A DNA stretch of 64,000 nt, from assembly GCA_963736115.1 (NCBI GenBank), contig CAVTNR010000003.1, positions 98,798 to 162,797 of the forward strand. The letters run 5' to 3'. How positions within the stretch are numbered: the first letter of the stretch is position 1; each line of letters begins with the position of its first letter. Of the stretch, positions 57,828 to 64,000 are shown piece after piece. The notes below the pieces were generated by a model, which worked only from the letters and a program-made list of their open reading frames with translations, was not told the DNA's origin and made no database searches. The stretch is from an uncultured bacterium. GTDB taxonomy: Bacteria; Zhuqueibacterota; QNDG01; DTFT01. The position numbers and the translations under genes were made by a program.

Positions 57828-59138
57828 ATGGATCTGCAGAAGAAGATCGAGGACAAGAAGGCGGTCGTGGGTGTGGTCGGGCTGGGGTATGTCGGTCTGC
57901 CCCTGCTCATCGAATTCGTGTCCGGGGGATTCAAGTCCATCGGCTACGACATCGATGACAGAAAGGTGTCCTCGCTCAAGAAGCGCAAATCCTACATCCG
58001 GCACATCACGGCTGACCGCATCTCCCTGCTCGTGGATTCCGGCCGGTTCGACGCGACCACGGATTTCTCGCGCATCCCCGAGGCGGACTGCATCATCATC
58101 GCGGTTCCCACGCCACTCGACAAGCATCAACAGCCCGACCTGAGCTTCATCGAAAAAACCTCCGAGGCCGTCTCGAAGCATCTGCGCAAGGGTCAGCTGG
58201 TGGTGCTGGAAAGCTCCACCTGGCCCGGCACCACGGAAGAGGTGATGAAGCCCATCCTGGAGCGCTCCGGCCTCGTCTGCGGCAGGGATTTCTGGATCGC
58301 CTTCTCGCCGGAGCGGGAGGACCCGAACAATCCCCATTACTCCACCAAGACCATTCCCAAGGTCGTGGGCGCCAATGATCCCACTGCCCTGGCCTGCGCC
58401 AAGGCCCTGTACGATGCGGTCATCGTCCAGACTGTGACCGTGTCCTCCAGCCAGGCGGCCGAAGCCACCAAGCTGCTCGAGAACATCTTCAGGAGCGTGA
58501 ACATCGCGCTGGTCAACGAGATGAAGGTGATTCTCGACCGCATGGGCATCGACGTGTGGGAGGTCATCCGCGCCGCCTCGACCAAGCCGTTCGGCTACAT
58601 GCCCTTCTACCCGGGGCCCGGCCTCGGCGGCCACTGCATTCCGATCGACCCCTTCTACCTGACCTGGAAGGCGCGCGAATTCGACATGCCGACCCGGTTC
58701 ATCGAGCTCGCGGGCGAGATCAACACGAACATGCCCTACTGGGTCGTGGGCCGCGTGGGCGACGCCCTGAACACGAAGAAGAAGAGCCTCAACGGATCCA
58801 GGGTCCTCATTCTCGGCGCGGCCTACAAGAAGGACATCGACGACGTGCGCGAGAGCCCGACGCTGAAGCTGATCGAGATTCTCGAGGACCGCGGCGCGAA
58901 GGTCGACTACAACGATCCCTACATCCCCAAGATGCCGCACGTGCGCAAGTACAAGTATGAGATGAAGAGCGTGCCCCTGACGCCCGCGAACCTCCGCAAG
59001 TACGACGTCGTGCTGATTTCGACGGATCATTCGTGCTACGACTACGCAATGATCGCCAAACACGCGAAGCTCGTGGTGGACACCAGGAATGCGGTGAAGG
59101 CGGCGGGGAAAAACAAAGAAAAGATTTTCAGGGCGTGA
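57828..59138 (+). CDS. Nucleotide-sugar 6-dehydrogenase (WbpA-like UDP-GlcNAc dehydrogenase)
   Basis: 'GLGYVGLPL', 'VPTP', 'ESSTWPGTT', 'SPEREDP', 'GLGGHCIPIDP', 'AYKKDIDDVRESP'. Confidence 0.92.
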   Translation: MDLQKKIEDKKAVVGVVGLGYVGLPLLIEFVSGGFKSIGYDIDDRKVSSLKKRKSYIRHITADRISLLVDSGRFDATTDFSRIPEADCIIIAVPTPLDKHQQPDLSFIEKTSEAVSKHLRKGQLVVLESSTWPGTTEEVMKPILERSGLVCGRDFWIAFSPEREDPNNPHYSTKTIPKVVGANDPTALACAKALYDAVIVQTVTVSSSQAAEATKLLENIFRSVNIALVNEMKVILDRMGIDVWEVIRAASTKPFGYMPFYPGPGLGGHCIPIDPFYLTWKAREFDMPTRFIELAGEINTNMPYWVVGRVGDALNTKKKSLNGSRVLILGAAYKKDIDDVRESPTLKLIEILEDRGAKVDYNDPYIPKMPHVRKYKYEMKSVPLTPANLRKYDVVLISTDHSCYDYAMIAKHAKLVVDTRNAVKAAGKNKEKIFRA

Positions 59139-59140
59139 CC

Positions 59141-60445
59141 ATGCGGAACGTGCGAAATCGCAACATTGTTATGACGGGAGTTCTCTCCGGCGTACTCCTT
59201 TTCTGTCATTGGGCAATTGCGCAAAATGAGGAGCCCGAAGGCTCCTGGGGCGAAGGAAAGGCGACACCGCAGGCGCTCGACTTCTCGCAGATGCTTGAAG
59301 GCGAAAAAGACACAAGAGAAACGTTTGATGCGGCCCAGCGGCTGAAGGAAACCCGTCTGCGCGAGCGGCTGCAGCAGCCCTTGACGGTCGAGCGGGCGAT
59401 TGACCCGAAGACCTACATGGTCGGACCGGGAGACGTTTTCTCGTTCAATGTATGGGGTGCGGTCAACCAGCAGATGCCGATCACCGTGAATCCGGAAGGG
59501 AAACTGAGCGTTCCCTCCGTAGGCGACATTCCTGTTTCGGGGAAAACACTGGAGCAGGCGCAGGAAGATGTGATCGCGACAGCCGCGCCATACTACCGCC
59601 AAGACCAGGTTACCCTGACCCTGGAGTCCGTCCGACTCGTCCGTATGCATGTCGTCGGAGAGGTGAAGTATCCCGGGACCTATGTCGTTCTGGCCCTGAC
59701 CCGCGTCTCGGAGGCGATCACCGAAGCTGGAGGCGCGACGGAATGGGCCTGGAAGGGGGGAGTGGAGCTGCGACGAGCGGCGGGAGATACCGGTGTCCTC
59801 GACTTGAACCGGTTCGAGCATCAGGGCGACCTGGCCCACGACTCCTTTGTCGGCGGAGGTGATGTCGTTTATGTCCCCCCGATCGATGGCTCACGCGACA
59901 TCGTCACGGTGGAAGGTGATTTTAAAGTCAGCGGCACCTATGCAATCCATCCGAATGAGGAGCTCATCGCGTTTCTGGTTCGCATCAGCGCCATGAAGCG
60001 GAACACCGATTTCAGCAAAATTTCCGTCATCCGGAGCGGGCCTTCAGGCGCGGATCCGAGACAGACGGTCGTCTCGTTCGAGTTGTATGAAGATGCGGAG
60101 CGAATGCAGCTTCTGTCCGGCGACCGCATTGTCATTCCCTCCAATTTTGTGTACGTCAAAGGCGCCGTCATCTCCCCGGGGGCCTATCCCTTCGTCCGAA
60201 ACCTGAAGGCCCGGGATTATGTCGGAATGGCCGGCTGCGATTACCGTTCGCGCAACATCAGGGGAATCAAGGTTTTTCATGTCCAGACGCAAAAAACCGT
60301 GATTGGCGCGGATACCGTCATTCAGCCGGGCGATATGGTGGAAATCGAACAAGCGTGGCAGTGGAAAATAAGCGGCATTCTGAGTGTGATCACGACACTG
60401 GCGTCGGTGCTGATTTCGGCAAAAGCCGCCGGCATTATCAATTAA
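59141..60445 (+). CDS. Polysaccharide export protein (Poly_export + SLBB domains, Wza/KpsD-like)
   Basis: 'YMVGPGD', 'VNPEGKLSVPSVG', 'VVGEVKYPGTY', 'VKGAVISPGAY'. Confidence 0.88.
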   Translation: MRNVRNRNIVMTGVLSGVLLFCHWAIAQNEEPEGSWGEGKATPQALDFSQMLEGEKDTRETFDAAQRLKETRLRERLQQPLTVERAIDPKTYMVGPGDVFSFNVWGAVNQQMPITVNPEGKLSVPSVGDIPVSGKTLEQAQEDVIATAAPYYRQDQVTLTLESVRLVRMHVVGEVKYPGTYVVLALTRVSEAITEAGGATEWAWKGGVELRRAAGDTGVLDLNRFEHQGDLAHDSFVGGGDVVYVPPIDGSRDIVTVEGDFKVSGTYAIHPNEELIAFLVRISAMKRNTDFSKISVIRSGPSGADPRQTVVSFELYEDAERMQLLSGDRIVIPSNFVYVKGAVISPGAYPFVRNLKARDYVGMAGCDYRSRNIRGIKVFHVQTQKTVIGADTVIQPGDMVEIEQAWQWKISGILSVITTLASVLISAKAAGIIN

Positions 60446-60549
60446 ATGACGGTGGCATTCCCCTGTCACGGATTAGGTTCCTTTCGGGAGGAGGACTGCC
60501 CGTATTCATTCCGCTGAATTAACCGGGGACGGACATCGACGCATCAAGA

Positions 60550-61767
60550 ATGATGATCAGAAAACGGATGACCTACGTGTTTTTCATCGTGGCGGGGAGT
60601 TTCCCGTTCGCCATCCTGCGCAACATCCTGCTGGCAAGGGGGCTCTCCAAAGCGGATATGGGTCTGATGTCCGTACTGATCACGCTGGTCTCCTTTTTGG
60701 TTCCCGTGGCCCTTCTGGGGTATCATAACGCGATCATCCGGTTTCTGAGCGTCGAGGGCCACTGCCGCAAATACGACTGGAAAAAATTCATCCGGAGGAT
60801 CCACTGGATCACCGCCGGGGTTGCCATGGTCGGAATCGCAGCCGCGGCGCGGATCTATCATTTCTCCTGGATCCCCATCGGTTTTCTGGTCGCCTCGGTT
60901 TTGTCCATGATCGGGGCGGAGTTGTATAAAGAGGTCATCCGCGCCCAGGGACGCTATGAATTGTCTCTGATCCTGCACAAATCGGAGCGGTACGCGCTTC
61001 CCCTGTTCCTGGTCGTGCTTTTCGCTTTCGGCGCTTTTCACCTCCGGTCGATCCTGGTCGGTTTTTCCCTGCTCACCATCGCCTACGGGTTCACGCTTTA
61101 CTTGTTTACGCGGCGTTCCGCCCCATGCGGTGACGAGCCCGTGCCGATTCGCGTACACAAGGACGCATTTTTCTTCTGGGGCATGGATGTTTCGCTCATC
61201 GTCCTGGTCACACTGGACAAGCTGATGGTGGCCAAGTGGACATCCTATGAGACAATGGCGGTTTATTACACCACGTTCACGATCATGAGACTGTATGACC
61301 TGGCCGCGGAATCGCTGGAATACGTTCTTCTGCCCCACTCGAACAAGGTGCAGCGCATCCGGCTGAAAGCGTGGATCGTCCCCATCCTGTCGGTCTGCGC
61401 GGTCATCACCCTGTTTTACCTTTCTCTCGGCGGGGCCGTGATGGAACTGCTGTTCCAGGGCAAGTACAGCCAGGGCGTTCTGTTCATCCCCTGGTTCTGC
61501 GGTGTGGGGGTCATGCGCGTTCTGTATATTGTTCCGTCGAGCATCATCGGCGGGCGGCTCGGGTCGGCCGCATTAAAACAGTGGTACCAGTCGAACCTGC
61601 TTCTGGTCATCCTGAACGTTCTCGTCGCGGTCGCAATGACAAGCCGGTTTGGGGCCGTCGGAGCGGTCGTTTCCTCTCTGATTGTCTGGAGCGTCCGTCT
61701 TGCCGTCGGTTACGGCATTCTTTTCCGTTACCGGCGGACGGCCGAACTTTCCTTCACCCTGAATTGA
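60550..61767 (+). CDS. Wzx-type oligosaccharide flippase
   Basis: Polytopic membrane protein with 'LLARGLS..MG', 'LDKLMVA', 'LLFQGKYS', 'FGAVGA'; cluster context. Confidence 0.8.
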   Translation: MMIRKRMTYVFFIVAGSFPFAILRNILLARGLSKADMGLMSVLITLVSFLVPVALLGYHNAIIRFLSVEGHCRKYDWKKFIRRIHWITAGVAMVGIAAAARIYHFSWIPIGFLVASVLSMIGAELYKEVIRAQGRYELSLILHKSERYALPLFLVVLFAFGAFHLRSILVGFSLLTIAYGFTLYLFTRRSAPCGDEPVPIRVHKDAFFFWGMDVSLIVLVTLDKLMVAKWTSYETMAVYYTTFTIMRLYDLAAESLEYVLLPHSNKVQRIRLKAWIVPILSVCAVITLFYLSLGGAVMELLFQGKYSQGVLFIPWFCGVGVMRVLYIVPSSIIGGRLGSAALKQWYQSNLLLVILNVLVAVAMTSRFGAVGAVVSSLIVWSVRLAVGYGILFRYRRTAELSFTLN

Positions 61768-61778
61768 AAGCGACGTCT

Positions 61779-62963
61779 ATGAAACCCAGCGAAAATTCCG
61801 GCACCGACCTGCTCGGCATTCTGGCGGTTCTGAGGAAATGGCGGACCCGTCTCGCCGTCAGCACGGTCGCGGTGCTGATCGGCGCGGTCGTGTTCAGCAT
61901 TCTCCTTCCAAAGAAATACAAGGCGACGGCTTTATTTTTCCCGCCGGCTTCGAGTTCGGGACTCAGCGCTTTGATTGAAAACTTCTCGGTGGACATCCTG
62001 AAAAACGATGAGGTCACAGGCGAAATGTGCCTCTCGATTCTGAACAGCCGGGGCGCGCGGACCGCACTGATACAGAAGTACGACCTGATGCGGCAATACC
62101 GGAAGAAATACATGGAACACGCGCTGAAGGCGCTCGAAAAAAACCTGGTGATCGAAACAGAAAAGCAGGTTGGGATCGGAACTTCCAGCATCACCTCGAT
62201 CTCAATCGGAGTCATCGACAAGCAGCCCGGGCGTGCGGCCGACATGGCCAACGACCTGATGAAAATCATGGAAAACAAGATCATCGAGCTGAGTATCTTG
62301 AAGGCGCGGAACAACAAGGAATTTCTGGGGAAACGGGTCGCGGAAAACGCGCGGGATCTGGAGAAGGCGGAAAATGCCCTGAAGGCGTTTCAGGAAAAGT
62401 ACGGAGCCATCGAAATCACGGCACAGGCCCAGGCGGCCATCGAGACTGCCGCCAAACTGAAGGCGGAACTCATCAGGGCGCGGACCGTCCGGGAAGCGCT
62501 GATCCTGAACCTGGGGGACCAGAACGCCCAGGTCGCCAAGGCCCAGGCCCAAATCGATGCGATCGAAAAAGAATATGACCAGCTACATGACGGATTCAAC
62601 GAGCGCGCGGATGGACGGGACGTGATGATGCCGATTCGTCAGCTGCCGGGTCTCGGCATGCAGTATTTCCGCCTGCTGCGGGATGTCAAGGTGCAGAACA
62701 AGCTATGCGAGATGCTCATCCCCCTTCACGAGCAGGCGAAGATTCAGGAGGAAAAGGATGTCCCGGTGATCCGGGTTATTGATTACGCGGAACCGCCCAC
62801 TTACAAATATAAACCGAAACGGGCCGTCATCGTACTCGGGATCCTGGCGGTCTACCTGGCATTTTTTATGCTGACTGTTTTTTACGCGGAGTATATGGCG
62901 AACCTGAGGGTCAAAAATCCGGAGCAATACGCGAGAATCCGGAAACTTCTGCAGGTGCGCTGA
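61779..62963 (+). CDS. Polysaccharide co-polymerase / chain-length determinant (Wzz/GumC-like)
   Basis: Two TM segments flanking a coiled coil; 'LPKKYKATA', 'VIDYAEPP..KPKR'. Confidence 0.85.
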   Translation: MKPSENSGTDLLGILAVLRKWRTRLAVSTVAVLIGAVVFSILLPKKYKATALFFPPASSSGLSALIENFSVDILKNDEVTGEMCLSILNSRGARTALIQKYDLMRQYRKKYMEHALKALEKNLVIETEKQVGIGTSSITSISIGVIDKQPGRAADMANDLMKIMENKIIELSILKARNNKEFLGKRVAENARDLEKAENALKAFQEKYGAIEITAQAQAAIETAAKLKAELIRARTVREALILNLGDQNAQVAKAQAQIDAIEKEYDQLHDGFNERADGRDVMMPIRQLPGLGMQYFRLLRDVKVQNKLCEMLIPLHEQAKIQEEKDVPVIRVIDYAEPPTYKYKPKRAVIVLGILAVYLAFFMLTVFYAEYMANLRVKNPEQYARIRKLLQVR

Positions 62964-62968
62964 CCTGG

Positions 62969-64000
62969 ATGGGCGTGCTGAACTCAAATGCGGTATCCGC
63001 GGGGAAAGACGGGAACGGGCGCGGCTGGACCATTCTTTTTCTGGCGTTCAATGCTCTGCTCTTCTTCATTGTTTCCCTTCTGGACGATCCTCTGCCGTTT
63101 TTCATCGTCTGTACGGTGGGGATCATCCCCTTCTTCTATCTGCACCGGGTCAGAGGCTTCTTTGAAATACTGCTGTTGCTGGTTTTTCTGTCCTCCTCGG
63201 AAGCGCTCCACCTGAATGTCGGGAATGCTTCGGTGGTCGCCGGTGTCGCCGGACTGTTGCTTTTTCACTGGTGCCGCTCCTGCCTGGAGGGTTTCGGGGG
63301 ATGGTCGGGGCTTCTTTTCAGGCGGGAGCTGGCGCTCTTTATCGGCGTTCTCTTCCTGAGCCTTTTTTACGGACCGTCGCCCTTTCATGGTCTTCCGTTG
63401 TTGGTCGTCGTTTGCGGTGTCGGGTTCGTGTTCACCGCCGTCACGCATCATACCTGCGCGTCCGCGGAGCGGCTGCACTACCTGACCCTTTTCCTGATGA
63501 TCCTGTTTCTGGCAAACGGGTTGTACGCCATCTTTGATTTTCTTCAGAACCAGGGCCGCGCGGTCAGTTTTTTCGTGGACACGCCTACTTATTCCGGACA
63601 CCTGTTCGCCCAGGGCATCGCAGTCTCTCTGGGGGCCGTTTTTTCTCCGTCTTTTCGGAAAAGCCGGGGATGGATCATCGCGATCATCCTCGTTCTGGCC
63701 ACGGCGCTTTTTCTGACCCTCACGCGGGCGGCTTACCTCTCCGTCGGCCTTCTGCTGGTCATGTCCGTTACGTTCTACCGGATTCCGAAACGGATCATTT
63801 TTCTTGGAACCGCCGGGGTGGCCCTTTTTCTGGCTGTTTTCCTGCTTTTTATCGACACCGCTTCGCTGGGGTTTATGTTCCGGCAGAGGATGGAAGCCGA
63901 TGTGCAGAATCTGAGCCTGAGCGTGGGAAGCATCGCGTTCCGGGTTCTTTTATGGAAGTCGGCACTGGAAATATTCCTGGCGAACCCCCTGCTCGGAGTG
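62969..64000 (+). CDS. O-antigen ligase/polymerase (Wzy_C family), partial at window end
   Basis: Not in the ORF track (no stop in the window). Manual translation MGVLNSNAV... is very hydrophobic, with 'LTLTRAAYL' and 'SIAFRVLLWKSALEIFLANPLLGV'. Confidence 0.85.
   Translation, partial: MGVLNSNAVSAGKDGNGRGWTILFLAFNALLFFIVSLLDDPLPFFIVCTVGIIPFFYLHRVRGFFEILLLLVFLSSSEALHLNVGNASVVAGVAGLLLFHWCRSCLEGFGGWSGLLFRRELALFIGVLFLSLFYGPSPFHGLPLLVVVCGVGFVFTAVTHHTCASAERLHYLTLFLMILFLANGLYAIFDFLQNQGRAVSFFVDTPTYSGHLFAQGIAVSLGAVFSPSFRKSRGWIIAIILVLATALFLTLTRAAYLSVGLLLVMSVTFYRIPKRIIFLGTAGVALFLAVFLLFIDTASLGFMFRQRMEADVQNLSLSVGSIAFRVLLWKSALEIFLANPLLGV

Overview
A 64 kb, GC-rich stretch of core bacterial chromosome. The gene content (PorV-like barrel, FlgD/T9SS-type C-terminal domains, peptidase-propeller-Omp85, xerC-hpf-hprK-mlaD order) suggests an FCB-group lineage such as KSB1/Calditrichota; this is an inference. 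Positions 1-21.6 kb are minus strand: dsbD, an Omp85 fusion, a lipoprotein, icd, aconitase, and a four-gene locus. That locus encodes a 2285-aa repeat surface protein, a PorV-TPR fusion, a membrane RsbW-kinase/HAMP/PP2C/HTH/TPR protein and a STAS-HTH protein. Positions 21.8-36.5 kb hold a patatin-Omp85, a TraF-like barrel, a Nudix hydrolase, a lysW-homocitrate synthase-lysX-lysY cluster, a U32 protein, a PfkB kinase and a lamin-tail protein. An AT-rich spacer with DnaA boxes at 36.55-36.9 kb is a candidate oriC. After it every gene is plus strand: rpsU, cvpA, mutS2, dnaG, tRNA(CAT), zinc-ribbon protein, RNase H, rnpB, recJ, ilvE, nusB, secA, topA, xerC, hpf, hprK, mlaD and the start of a Wzx/Wzy polysaccharide cluster. 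No CRISPR array, prophage or intact transposase was seen. The best novel-system candidate is the 8.6-21.6 kb locus, where both the kinase/phosphatase and its STAS partner carry a related transposase-like HTH module. All calls come from motif recognition by eye; no searches were run.
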